A stretch of DNA of 64,000 nt from the NCBI GenBank assembly GCA_012295275.1, contig CM022672.1, positions 23,684,001-23,748,000 on the forward strand, read 5' to 3'. This document shows, piece after piece, positions 1 to 14,700 of this stretch (the stretch's first letter is position 1; every line of letters starts with the position of its first letter). The DNA comes from Chrysomallon squamiferum. Its lineage: Eukaryota; Animalia; Mollusca. The notes below the pieces were generated by a model. The model searched no databases and was not told the origin of the DNA. It saw nothing but the letters and a program-made list of their open reading frames with translations. Both the position numbers and the translations under genes were made by a program.

Positions 1-1880
1 GATGAATAATATATTCTTTAGCATTTTCACTTTATTTGCCATGGGAATAATTAATTTTAATAGACAGATAATGTGATCGTGTTAAAGTGATTAAATCGAG
101 TCTTTCAAAATGTAAAATCGATTGACTAACGTGAATATACATACATATACATATAGACGTACACAAATACACAAAGAAAGAGAGAAAGTATATACTAATA
201 TTTTACTGAAATCAGGAAACCCATCATATGAACAGAGATATAAAATATATTTAAAATCGAATAGATTTTTGTTTCAGCAGAAGTAAAGAATTTTTGTTCT
301 CTGTGGAAGCCGGGACCGTTTAGGGCCAAAGATTGATCAGGTCTGCCAAGTAAAATTATTAATTAAAATTATTTTCACAAATTTAAGAAATCTCTAAAAT
401 GTTCGCCAAAGTTTCATTAACAATGGAAAGACTTGTAGGCCTATATGATTAACGCTTGTCTAATATGAAGATATATCTAATTACATGTTTCAAGTTATAT
501 TGGTTATTTATTGTTAATAATTGGTTCGCTGAGCTCATCATATTCCAAGACCAGGTTGTGTGTGTGTGTGTGTGTGTGTGTGTTGTACATTCTAGTCCGA
601 GTACACTGGCGGAGAACTGCTCAGTCAGACAACTGCTCAGACGGACATCTGGATGGATATCTCTGGTTCTCTGCCATTTGGCAACGATTACGGCTAGTTT
701 ACTCTTATAAAAATATTTTTGGCTTTGCATTCCTTTAGATTCATCATTTTCGAGTTCGTTTGTAGCACAAACAAATACAACTTAGTTGTACATACACACG
801 CTACAAGAAGAAACCCAAGACCTCTATTACCAAAATCACGAACTCGGAAATCTTAGGACATGCTTGTTCCAAATGATAGGTTTTAATAAATTATATTCAA
901 AATCTACTTTTTACTTTTAAACGCCGCTGAAAATGGATAAAATGTTATCTTGTAAACAGATAAACAGAAAAAAACTACTACTATTACATTCTATCAGAAT
1001 ATGAGTAGACGAATCTGTGGATTATCTCTTTTCATTTTTCACCCATATATATATATATATTTAAGGCAGAAAACTTGCATTCGTATAAAATATTATGAAA
1101 TCTGTAAATAAAGTTTATTTAATATTTATGAGTATGAATATATCTGTTTTTACATATACATATGTGTTTTAAAACGAATTAATATATTGTTTTCACAAGC
1201 TTCATCCAGTAATACACTACTTGATTGGCAAAATTAATTTGTTTCAAAACCACAGTTATTTTCTTTTGGCATTTTTGTTGTACAGTACATGTACATAATT
1301 ATAACAAATTAATGGCGATCTTCATAAATATGACTGGGAAAAATTATGCATGTAAACTGAGATTAACACCAAATGAAATTTAGGCTTACAAAAATAATTT
1401 AAAAATTACATCAAATAATAAATAAGATTTTATTAATTATCTCAGAAACTTGCAACATATACCAATGTAAATATTTAATGACATTCCTTCTTTCTTTTTT
1501 AAATCTAATATAAACAAACGTTCACATATGTTATATCTATGACACAGTTTTTAAAATTAAATCATACATCTCACTATTTTATGACCAGGCATTCATTAAA
1601 TACATAAACAGTTTAGAAAACTTTGAAAATAAGTTACTATTCTTATAAATATTTTATGGTTGAGTCGCTATATATATATATATCTGCCTTCCTATGAATA
1701 TTAGGTCTAATAAAAATTGATTTTGTCTTGTACCAAGATTTAAGTGTATGAGAAGACACTTATGAACTTAAGTGTTTTTAACTGAAATAAAATTGAAAAA
1801 TTGTTTAAACAATTACTGATGTATCAGTATGATATGTTCTTAATGTTTTCGCCTTAAAGGAAACCTTTTTTAATATAGAA
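1..1880. repeat. Non-coding segment duplicated at 33125-35170
   Basis: Colinear anchors: acagataatgtgatcgtgttaaagtgatt (64/33196), gtacagtacatgtacataattata (1279/34588), gtcttgtaccaagat..aagtgtatgagaag (1726/35015). Confidence 0.92.
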
Positions 1881-3800
1881 CAATGACACAGTTTAATTTT
1901 TCTGCTGATAACTGCAAATGAATAAAAAGTTTAATAAATTTAATAAAACATGTTATGTAGAAGTAAGATGCAGAAACAATAACTATTAAAAATTCTTGAA
2001 AGGACAATTTATGCACTTTAACAAAACTCCCAAAAGAAAATAGAGAATAATAAAAATACTATAACGTTTTACCGGCATTTATCATGTTAAATAATAAAAA
2101 ATTTATCTTCAAAATTAGGAAATTGCTTTTCATTTGTCAAGACATCTTTCATTCAGCAATCAGAGGGATGAAATAAATGCCAAGCCTTTAGGCACTGGCA
2201 ACAACTGTAAGACACCAGACAGGTTCTTCCATTAAACAAAACTGGCCACAATTTTATGTGTTCCTATGAACTGTTTGTGACTGCCATTTTAAAGTATGAA
2301 GCATCTCTTGCATCACTGTAAATTCAGAATAATGATTCTATGCCATAGGGTTTTAACAAAAATACATTTATAACAATTATTTAGGACAAAAATGATTTTG
2401 TAAATAGATATTAACAGCAAAATATACCGCATACAACACCAGTGGAATCATCATACAATCACCCAGAGATGACTTAACAGAAATTAAAAGAGGTGAAGAA
2501 AACAGTAGTCCAAGAACGTACTGAAAAACGGTGGACCATCCCATATTAGATGTTAATTAACAAGCTGGTGACTACAAGCAAAGACCACACTGTCTTAAGA
2601 ACACATCAGCTTGCATATAGCAGCTTTGAGGCATGTACTACAAATATGGCAAATAGCACTGCACTGGAGACATTTTAAATTATTTCAGGAGGAAATTCTG
2701 CAAAAGTACTTGGGGGTCTTAAGCGAATCATCTGTCTTTTTTATAGTTGCATAAATTAGTCAGATTGTGGCTGTAGGTTCTGTCAATTTCCTCTGTGTGT
2801 GTGTGTGTGATTATTTATATTACATCTGTTTTCATCTTGCTGAAATGTTGTGAATAATAGAAAGATACCTTTGTAAAATTGTATTTGCAAAATATTTATA
2901 TATATATATTCTTCCATGCTACTGTTTTCTTCCAATAATCTTTTCCTTCCATTGCAAATACAATATGCATGTATTTCATTAAAGCCTAAAGGCCTAATTC
3001 AAAATGGAAACTAATTACACTTCAGAGTTTTGACAACAGTTATTAAACACTCTGCATGTATTTCATTATAGCCTATAGGCCTAATTCTAAATGGAAAATA
3101 AAACAAGGCCAGAGCTTTTATATGGGTCTAATTACACTTCACATAGAACTTTGAAATATTTTAGCAAAAATAGGATTTTGGTCAATCAGGAAAAATGCTT
3201 TAATACTGAAAAAGTAGAAATTTGTTTGAAATATCAATTAATAAAGTGCCTATATGATTATCGTTTACATCAAAAAAACTGTTGCCTAGTTTTCCATACA
3301 CAGTGTTAAAAGAAGAGGAAACAAAATAGGAAAGTGAATTAAAAGAAAAAAACTCTGTTTGCTTCTTCTCTTTCCACGGCCCTCTGTAATTAGGCTTTTA
3401 AAATAACTTAGACTAGTCACTTCCACTGAAGAACACTAGTCTCATGTATGTCACAACTACTTCATAATCTCAGGCAAAATATATGATTTTTATGTTTTCT
3501 AAGATATTTTTTCCTTCAAATATTATTTTAAGCAACTGAAAAAAATAATAAAATTTATTTATTTAACTTTTTGTAAGAATTTTTGATTGAAATCACAAAC
3601 ACTTTTAAAAATTACATAATGCAGACACATGGAAGCTGACAATTTTGTGAAAATGAATATTGTTCATATCTAAATGTTCATCTGTAAAAACATTATGCAC
3701 ACATTTTTCACATGTAAGGTTAGATTTGTTAAACAGACAAAGTTAACAGTTTTCTGGTAAATATAGTTGCATAAGATTATTATAATTAGTGTATATATGA

Positions 3801-3849
<49 letters not shown>

Positions 3850-4284
3850 ATTTGTTGTATTTTGTTCTTGATTCATATAGACTTCAAAAAAAAAAAAAAA
3901 AAAATAAAATAAAATAAAATAAAAAAAAATAAATAAATAAAATAATAATAATAATAATAAGCCTGTAATCACTGAACCACTTCACCTCAAGCCATTTAAG
4001 TATTTCAAAGTTTATTCTTATTGACTGTAAATAATAAAATAAATAATAAGCCTGTAATCACTGAACTACATACACCTCAAACTGTTTAATTGTTCCCATT
4101 TTTATTTTTATTGTTTGTAAAAACATAATAATAATTTCTTCATGAAGTTTATTATTTAATTAATCCTATATTAAAGGTGCATAAATGATAAGTAAAACAT
4201 TTTGATTTCTAAACTCTTTATTATTTTTCCACACGTGCAAAAATATATACAAAAAACAAATCTGGAAAAAAAGAAATCAATAAC

Positions 4285-4319
<35 letters not shown>

Positions 4320-5759
4320 TCCCCAAAAAACCTCCACAAAATAACTAATAATAATAATACTAATGAAAAAAAATGAAATAAAATATAATTAAAAAACAAT
4401 TAAAAAAAAAAAATTAGTAAAAGATTAGTTATTTAATTCAAACAGAAATACTTACATGATTGACAAAAAATTCTTCATCTGTTAAATAATTTCTTAATGC
4501 GAGATCAAGTAAATACAAGAATTCAGAAAATAAGTTTTTGTTTTTGTTTTTCTGCTTTTTCTTTAATAATAAAATAAAGTGAAATTTATACCTAAAAGTT
4601 ATTCATATTTTTTCTTTTCAATTTAGTATCATTTGAAATTTCCATTTAATTTCTCTGAATGAAGATGTAAGAATTAAATCCAATATGGTTATTTTTATTT
4701 CAAAACAAATTATCTGCATGCATGTTCCATGTTGATAGTATTGTAAGTGAAAAATTAATTTAACTCCATCTATGCAACTAGTTTCAAAAATGCTTTGTTG
4801 ATTATTATTTTTCTTATATGTGTATGTTTTCTGGTTACATTTGTAAAAATTTCAGTCATCAGCCTTTTTTGATTTCTGAAATATTCTTACAGTTTAAAAG
4901 TTAAATATGTTGGTCAGTCCGTTGCTCTTTTCACAAATAATAATAATAAGAAAACAACTAAAAATATGAGATAGTAATGATAGAGCAACTTTGTTATTTT
5001 GGAAACAATTACTGATGACTTACTATAAGAATAAATTTAAAAAAAAAAAAAAAAAAAAATCATTAAGATGTTAATGCTTTACGAACTTAAAATCTCAGAA
5101 ACAAAACTGGACAATATTTTCTCATAAAGATTTTTCATTCCAAATTAAGCAGTTATTATCATAAATAGTAACATGAATAGGACTGATGTATAATGTACCT
5201 CTCAGAAGTTCATAAAATAATTTTTCTTTTTAACTTCTCATCTATTATAACTTACATTAGGAAAAGGAAAGAAAAAAAAAAGGTTTTCTAACCTTCTGTA
5301 AAATACCAGTTTACAACGACTTATATTCTTTGAATTATTTCAGGTGTCCAACAATGGAACATACATACTACTGAAAAACAAGATGAAGAATGTATTGTCA
5401 AAATGTAAAACATATTTACAATAAATAAACAACAGTCATCAATGAATAAAATATCTATTATACAAAGTTTTGGAAAATTTACACTTTAATATAGAAAAGG
5501 TATTTCCATGATGAATGAGAGAACTGTCACATTCGTTATCAATTATAATAAAAAAATATATTTGAAGCTTATTAACTGGTTGTAGTTCAAAAGAATTTCC
5601 AGTCTATCCTAGTTTTAAAGAAAAATAGAATAAACAAATTCTCGAATTTTACTTTTACCCACACCTTTAAAAAAAACTATAAATAAAATCCTTACGTATA
5701 ATTTTTAATTGTATTTGAAAGCTTGCCTTGTTCATATAACAAAACCACCAAAATAAAAA

Positions 5760-5802
<43 letters not shown>

Positions 5803-7695
5803 TAATAATAAAATAAATTTCCTGCAATCAATCCAAGATCTAGTTACTTTATTTCAAAACCTTCCTAAAACATTAAAATGTTACAAATTTTACAATATTT
5901 CTAATTTCTGAGAAAAAAAAACCCAAATAAATCAGCAGAATTTCCCAGGAATAACTCTCTTATATCTAAAAAAAAATCAAGCAACATTCTTAAGCAAATT
6001 CATTATTTTGTTATTATCAGTTAAAAGATGTCTGAATAAATAGGATTACATCCAGTACTGGAAAATAATATTCATATTTTTATATAATTATTTTTATATC
6101 TGGATGCCCAACGTTCATCAAAAATACCTATAAACATATCCACAAAGAAAGGAATTGTGAACTTTGCACATACTTATTTTTTATCTTTTTTTTTTGTTGT
6201 TTTTGTAAGAATATTTTATCAAACAAGTCAAGGAGAAATTGAATGTTATTTTAAAATTTTTTTTTTTTACACTAAACAAAATAATTTATATTGTTCAGAA
6301 AAAAAAGATATATATGTTATCATGGAAATACCTTTGCTCAGCATTACAGCACAAACCATAATAAAAAACATGATTATATAATTTTATCTAAAAATGGTTA
6401 TTGAACTATGCTATAAATTGGAATATAGACATTTCTAATATAAATTCAGAATTTAATAACATGTTGCTTGGAATAAATATACAAGTAGAAAAAATAAATT
6501 TGTATAATGAATGATACTGTTTTTATCGCTAGTATTTTTAACAACATATTTGTTAAATGATCTTCATCATCATAAACATCTGTAACAGTATTTTGTCAGT
6601 GATGATCATGAACAAAAATATTTTTCCTTTTAGATTCAGGTTTTAATTACATGAAGTGCTTGTAAATTGTTTTCATAATCACTTGAAATAATGTGTAATT
6701 TATCATCATTCAACAAAAGAAAACTGTTTTATGAAGTGTTATTTTATACACATTAAATTAAACAATATATATATATACTTTATAATGTAAAGCTAAACAC
6801 ACAGAAGATTAGTACAATATGGAATTATACATTTATTATTTATTAACACCGTTAAAAACAGCTAATTACAAATATCTGAAGAAAAACACCAACAAATGAT
6901 TTTGAAAATAGGCCAATATTTACAAGCATTCTCTTCATAAAACAATTATTAAATCTTCTAAATTCCAAAAAGCACATTATTTTACTGATTTCTTAATAAT
7001 TCAATTCAAATGTCTAAACATTAAGAATAATAAGAATATTTTGCCTTAGAATGTTAATATTATAGATTAAATTTCTTTATCATCAGTATCTTGTATAACT
7101 AACTAACTGGATTACTTTAAACAATGATGATTACATTGGTATATCTAATTTGTTGTTGTTCACAGTGAATTAACCTTCTTTAAATGATTTTAGAATATAA
7201 AGCTATTTTAATTTTGAATTAAATTATGGAGTTAAATTCTTGAATTATACTAATACAAACTACATTGTGCTAAATAAAATTGTGCACACATACATGGATA
7301 CATTCCTTTAGAATTTTTCAGAACATAATTATCTTTCAGCATTATTTCCATCTTCAATAAATCATCATCCATCCTCATATTATAACTGCTGATGTATCAA
7401 ATTTACAAATAAAATTCATTCTCTTATAACTTTGATTTTGTTGACAACTGTCCCTTCTTCAAGAATGTTACATCATCAACTTATAAGCAAAGTGCCACAG
7501 TAACGGAAACCGTAAAATTAATGGTTCCCTTGTTCAAAATAATTCTGCAATATTTAATAAACTTTATCCATATTTCCTTTCTTTGCCTTCTTGATATCAA
7601 TGAAAGGAAATAAAATATAAACAAATTATAAATCTGATCATAGATATAACAAATTTATCTGTTTCTAAATAATTTTGAAACTAAACATACATTTC

Positions 7696-7782
<87 letters not shown>

Positions 7783-7797
7783 AATAAATAAATAAAT
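7696..7797. repeat. (AAT)n/(AAAT)n microsatellite
   Basis: Seen directly. Confidence 0.97.
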
Positions 7798-9863
7798 ATT
7801 AGTAACTGGGTTATGTACAATAATAATAATAATAAACTTAGAACAACAACAGTCATGCAACAATAATGAAAACTGAATGTATCAGCAATTAAAATAATAT
7901 GAAAAACATAACAAAAGTACATCTCTTAGACTACCTATATTTTTGTAAACCAAAATAAACTTCATTTATTTCCAACAAATGTGTAAAAACAGTCTTTTAT
8001 GAATATAAATTCAAGTTGTGTCATTTTTTTTCTTCTACTTATGTATTTATGAAAAGAAAATGTATCATTATTAAAAGTTCAAATATTCAAACAAAATCTG
8101 TAATAGGAAGCTAAGTAGCTTGTAAAACATACAAAGCTTATCTATATTAAAACAATACCAAAACAAAACAAACTGAAAAACAACAACAAAAAAGCAATTC
8201 ATATACATATAATTAATTTTTCTACATATTGTTATCAAAATAGTCTGACACTGAATATGCTGGCTTTAGAATTTTTAAAGGTACAGTGATCAAATATGAA
8301 TAACATGAACTGCAACAAATAAGCAAAATCAATCCAAAGATATTAAGTAGTTGAGAAATATTTACAATTTAATTACATATCCAAATTTACATACCATACA
8401 TCTGAAATATCAGACTGGGAAAACTTCAAAGTATACAAAATACTACACATAAGAAACATTATGAATAAACATTATTATTATTATTATTTTCTTTTTAAAG
8501 TGAAACAAAAATCTGTATTATAACAGAATAACACTTCTGGAAAACAAATCAATCTAAAGTAGCAAAATTAACTCTGAAAGCAATGTATAGAGACTAAACT
8601 CATATTTAATACAAAAATGTTGGTTACATAAGTCATACTGAATTCAGATATATTACTGGTTAGCTTTAATTCAACGTATCATCACTGCTGCTAATTTCTG
8701 CAAACCATTAATATTTCCTCTCCAAATCAAATCAATAATTAAAATGAACAAACTTTAGCCTGTCATGCAATGTGACCAATTCTAATAATAAAACAAAGTG
8801 AAAATGAAGATTTATTTATATATATTTTTTTAAACATATATTTTATTATTCACTGACAATATGATTTTATATAATATTGATGATTATTTACATAATACAT
8901 TATAATACAAATATCTCACTTGTTGGAATTTAAAATTAGTATGGTGATGTTCTATTAACTGTTTGTTCTATGCACTGTAAAATATTAACTCTTTGTCTAT
9001 CTCACAGATTTTATTTACATTTTACTGAGCTTCTGTTAGGTTAGGTTATGTCCAACATCCCATTTTTTTACGTGAAATGTTTCACGAGAATAGTTGTTTG
9101 TTTGTTTCATGTACTACCTATTATGAGTTTTTCTTGGTTTATATCTCATACATCGAATATTTTACACTTTCTTATCTATAATGTTTTCATGTTTCAAAGA
9201 ATTATTAATAGTTTATATCACATTATTTGATATCAAATGTTAATCAAATACAACATAAAATATTGAAAAATCAAAACTTTACATTTCAAAAATCTAAATC
9301 AAATATCTATATTTTTAGTAGTTTTTAAATTATATATTATTAATGAAGATTAAGTATATACAGTGACACCAGCATACAGTGTTATAACCAAACATCTTTG
9401 TAATTTGTTATACATTTGTAATGAATATTCAAATACTTTTCAATAAGTGTTTTTATTTCAAAAATGTTGTTTTATTGTCAAATTAATTAATTATAATATT
9501 TACAACCTATTCAAAAGATTAAATGTTTTTGCTAATTATGTAACTAAATATATTTATGTTTTATAAAAAATATTTCAAGCATTTCACAATAATGTTATAC
9601 CAAATGTAGGAACTATTTCAGTAGTTAAAACAAATTTCAAAACATATATTCTATTCAGTGACGTACTTATTATATAACACAATATAATATAAAATGTATG
9701 TTACTGAAAAGTTACAGAGAATATTTACTATACTAAAATACATAGAACTAAATATTCAATATAAGTTTATAGAAAGCATTTAATATGCTAAAACACTTAG
9801 AAGAGTCCTATACATTTCAGTGTTTTATGTTTCAATAAAATTTTAAGACCAGTCACTGTTATT

Positions 9864-11790
9864 TCAGACAGATGTTTCATTTGTGATTCCTTTTCTAGCC
9901 AGCTGTTCTCTTACTCTTTTCAGGTAATCTGGATCAGGATACCCATTTCTAAAATAAAAATAGCATAAAAACAATTACAGGAATTAATAAATATTTCATA
10001 TAGAAATACTCACCCATCAACACCAGAGGAAAACAGTCTGACATTCAGACAAAATCCTGAAGGATAAACGTTTTTGACCCATGAAGAAAATACAAACTGT
10101 TGATTGGGGTCCCGGTCTTAGTTTTGAATGAAGTTAAAGATTCACAGAAATACATTTTCTGATATCATTTTGACTTTATAAAATTACTCCATCATATCTA
10201 GAACTATGTCCTATACTTAAAAGTATAAACATTTTCTTATTAAACAGAGATTAAAAAAAAAAAATTATTTTCATATAAAGAAATTTATCTCAGATGTTAC
10301 ATATGATAATTATGTGAACAAATAACAGAATGATAAAAAAAAACTCTACACTTACTTTTCTGGACCTCCCCGTATATTTGTTTTATGTTCAATATCACTC
10401 CAGTCTATAAAGTTATCTGCCCCAATGATGAAAGTAAGTCCTCTGTCAAAAGCAATCTTCAACAATTTGTAGACTGTCCGACCTTCCTCATTATCTGGCA
10501 AATAAGCTGTCTTTGTTGTAGAATAACAGAACCTTCCTGGATTGGGATGTCCTTCCTGAAAATGAAAACACCAATTCTCTTAGTATCAAATCATTATCAA
10601 ATTTAATGATATGACTAAAGATAAAATCTACTGTAAATTATAATAATGAACCACGTTAACTAATAAGGTTAATATAGTATGTTAAAAAAGGGAGAAAAAA
10701 ACACAACAGAAAAAAGAAAGAATGTTTCTTGAAATTAATCTAATTTTGTTCTGATTACATTAAGAAACAGCAAAACAAAAGTAACATGGAAGAAACTGAA
10801 GAAAAATGTAGGTTTCTGAATAATAAATAATTAAGAACTTACAGAACTGCATGAAAATGTTACTTTATCTTCTCATCTAATGTTAGTATAAGTAAAGATT
10901 GTTATATGCTTTATTAAATGAAATTTAACTAACAGTATACTACAGTCTGAGAAAACGGAATAAATTCATGCTGTTCTTGAATATCATCATTTTAAAAATT
11001 AGATTACTAGCATCATTTGAAAGACAAAGAAAAAAGTACACTTATATATACCAGTTCTTGCTATATACACTGACGTTAATGGAATTTACTTGCTGGCAGC
11101 TATATAGTTACCTCTTCTGGTGCATTTATAGAAACTTAAACATATTAAAGTATTAGAATTAATAAAAAAAATATTGAATAAAAATATATTTTACTCATTA
11201 TATGATTTATTTTAGTATACATAATTTTGTAACTATTTTGTGATGTACTGATTCTCAGCAGTAATCTTTTACATTTATCAAACAAATAAATTCTTTGGCA
11301 TTTGATTGTGATAAATGCTTAGCTAATTCACATCTAAATAAATAACTGGCATGAAATATTTTGAACTGCACATTTTGCAGATCAGATAGGAGTAAATGAT
11401 AGTTTTTAAAAAAGTAATTAAATAAATAAATAAAAAGTCTAAAAGTAGCCACAAATTTCTAATAGTTTTCTGACAAAACATATATACATACTTGGATATG
11501 TATTATTATTTTCTGTACTCTTCCTCACTTAATAAATACTTTAGCTTTAATTCTGAAATTGAATTGATGTAAATATTTTCTGCAGATTACTAAATAATCA
11601 TAATGTTTAGTGCTCTGATTAATGAAAATTAAACTATAGTGAATTGTATATAGGATATTTAAATCTTACCGACTGTGTGCCACCAGTAAGTGAATAATTA
11701 ATGACTATTGTTCCATCATGAGGATATCCTTCCAGATGGAATCCATCAAAACTGAAGGACATTTGTCCCTTTGCCATATTTCCACAAACT
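9864..11790 (-). CDS. Deltex C-terminal (DTC) domain, encoded by the last three exons
   Basis: Spliced translation GNMAKGQMSF..HLEGYPHDGTIVINYSLTGGTQS/EGHPNPGRFCYSTTKTAYLPDNEEGRTVYKLLKIAFDRGLTFIIGADNFIDWSDIEHKTNIRGGPEK/NGYPDPDYLKRVREQLARKGITNETSV*; TGA at 9866-9864. Matches the DTX3/DTX3L C-terminal pattern. Confidence 0.92.
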
Positions 11791-14700
11791 GGTTTGTTTA
11801 CTGAGGAACAAACTGGACAGACAGATGAAAATTTATTTTTGCAGGTTTGACATAACAGATGTTTGCATTTCTGAAACACTGCAAGGGAAGAATCTTGTTG
11901 CTTGCAGGATGAACAGACATTTTTGTTTTCTCTGGATTCTGGTTTAGATAAGGCATTCGAAAAATGTAATTTTTTAAACTGTTCATAATTATCTTGCATT
12001 GTCTTAACATGAATTTGATTTTTATCAACAATTTGAACTTGTTTGAGAAATAGATTTGATTCTTTAGCAGCAAATTCCTCAACTGCTTCAAAGATCATTT
12101 TGGAGTAATCCTTTAGACAGACATCTGCAAAAAAACACAACAAAAAAACATTAAAAAATATAACAAATAAAATAAATAAATAAATAGACCCCACACACAT
12201 AAATATATAATAATAATAAGAAGAAGAAAAAGCAGAAATAAAGAAAATGAAAGAAATAAATATCAGAAATGTATTTTATATTGAGCAAAAAATGATTCAA
12301 AGATATGTAGGATATGTTAAATTTATTGTCAATACAGTAATTCTTGCTAATATTTTTATTAATAAGAACACTTTAAATTATTAATCTATCATTGTGCTTT
12401 AACCAAGATAATATAGATTGACCATTGTTTGCTTGCATAGATGCATTTCTCTATAACAAAGATGTAGGTAAATTTGGTTGAGACGATGTTTAAAATACTT
12501 CCTTAAACATATTCTTTTAATTAGAGGTTTATGTATTTGATAGATAAAAACAAATAACATTTTCTAGCCATTACAGCCAATTTAACTATCTAATGCACTA
12601 ACTGACCAATATACCTTTTTGAGTCATCAACACAGGAAAAGCAACAGATGAAAGTTCTTGAGAGTTGGCAAAAGCAAAGATTTTACTAATAATCTCTTTA
12701 AGGTTAGAAATTTCTTTCAGATCAGATTTTAAGGATACCAAAGCATGTATGACCATTTTCTGAAGTTTTCCTTCTGTGGTTTGGAAAATATGTCCAATGG
12801 AGAACTGATTAACTGAATAAGCCTTCAAAGCTTTTCTGTATTCTTCTCCAGCAGCTTCAGAGATATCGTTGGGCACACTATGTTTTTCTGATAGATCTCT
12901 ATCATGCCAGCAGACTATGGCCTGAACATTTGAATGTAAAATGTTATCACAATATATTAATATGTCAGGTACTTTGTCACTTGTAGTTGTCACTTCTGAA
13001 GTATTATTTGACTTTTTTAATGTTTCATTAAATCTGACATTAGGTCTGTTTTTGGTGCTAACAGTTGAAATGTCAGATTTAGAGCTGAGCTGTTTCGTAT
13101 TCTGCTGGATAACAGATTCATTACCAGCCTTTTCCTTTGATGCAGCTGATAGACTGGCAGAAGCAGAACTCTCATTTGCATCTTTTGTGTTAGCTGAAAA
13201 CTGCCTTTTAGATCGTTTTGTAGGCTTAATTTTGTTAAGATAAAGATATGCTTTGGTTTTTGCCTTGTCTGTTGTGTCTCTATTATCACCAATTATCACC
13301 AGTTTGTCACAGCAGTATTTGCAAAAGACATCGCTGAATTCTTCCCCAAGTTTATTTTCAGCTTCTTTTGCTTTTTCTGATTCTGAAGATGAAATATCAA
13401 TTTCAAATCTTATCATACCTTCTATCTGATGATAAAGCTGCTTTGATTCATCAGGATTAGAAGAAATCTGAAAAGATAATTTCACTTTGTCGTTTACACA
13501 TTCTGTGATACAACACTTTTCAAGCAGATGGTTTTTAATAATTTTCTTAACAGCCTCATAGTGACAAGAGTCAATAACAATTTCTTGAAACTGGTTAGGA
13601 ATCATTTTTGAAGGAGAATGCTGTTGTGGTTGTTTCGGTCTTGCACCTTCTCCCATCTGATTAGATAGTCTATGTGAAAAATGAGCTACATCATACTGAG
13701 AATTTTGAAAACTATTTATTATTTTGTAGACATCAATTAGGTGTGTAAAGGTTTTTGCTTTCACTGAAAAAGTTGGTGGGTTTGACTTTTCACATTTCAT
13801 GACTTTTACACCATCCAAAGTTTGGAGTTTCTCCAATAAATGATCATGTCCTTGACATCTAAGAATTGTTGGATTTATGTCTGCCATATGGTTGAAACTC
13901 TGAAGTACAGAAATACTTACTTTAAAAAAAAATTTAAAACACATATTTGTCTACTTATGTGGCTTCTAAAATATATATATAATTTTAAGAAAGAGAAATT
14001 AATATTTAAGTTCAAACAAAATGATATATTGATTGGTATGTAGTAAGAATTGGAATTCTTAGAATTTGTTTTTATGCTTCATGAATTTAATGTGTAAATA
14101 AAGATACATGATTTTTGTGTGAGGTTTTAATGGTGTATTCACACATACAAAAAATAAAATTACAAATGAAGTAAAAAATTAATTATAATGTCATGCTCTA
14201 CACAGATATTAATAGAAAATAAATTAATTAACTGAGTATAATTTGATTTTCATTTCTGATCAAATCTACACTGTCTTTCAAATGATATCAAAATTTGGCC
14301 ATCTGAAAATCACACAAATTTTGGTATGTAGTAAACATTATGAAAATTAATTTATACCATTAAATAACAAACCTCAGTTTCTTCTGTATCTTGTGATTCT
14401 CTATCATCTGTAAATCATTTTTGTAACAATTAAAATTTCAAATATAGCTGAACAAGAAAAATAAATAAAAGATTGAAATCGTCTTTATAAAATGAAAAGT
14501 TTGCATTATACTTAAACATATGTATTATTATTTATTTTAGTATTACAAAGTCTGAATATAAATTTAAAAGCTAAACAAACATTTTCAAGGGAGATAACTC
14601 TCAACATTTTAAAATCAATTTACCAGCTCTTTCAGCATCTACAACCATGTTTTCTTGATTCTGGTAAAATATGTAAGAAATAGAATTATTAATAGTGCAT

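Noticed and set aside
2160-2720. GC-richer stretch that might be an exon or retroelement remnant
   Set aside because: No open frame or recognisable motif could be read on either strand.
2965-4085. Short direct duplications (~2965/3053 and ~3955/4044)
   Set aside because: Two-copy local slippage without spacer structure; not CRISPR-like, and the DNA is eukaryotic.
5300-5372. Exon-like segment with AG/GT boundaries on the minus strand
   Set aside because: Stops in the plausible frames and no partner exons.
7665-7922. Poly-Leu/Ile and similar SL/ER-repeat ORFs throughout the ORF track
   Set aside because: Translations of microsatellites.
1900-9860. PARP catalytic or WWE exons downstream of the macro array
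   Set aside because: None recognised; the gene terminates in the DTC stop at 9864.
10400-10430. Apparent frameshift or stop in the DTC exon
   Set aside because: Recounting the C-run (tgccccaat) shows the frame is intact (IIGADNF). It is an in-frame 6-residue deletion relative to DTX3L.
12941-13292. Overlapping antisense and alternate-frame ORFs (also 28429-28701, 29212-29448)
   Set aside because: Shadows of the real minus-strand exons.
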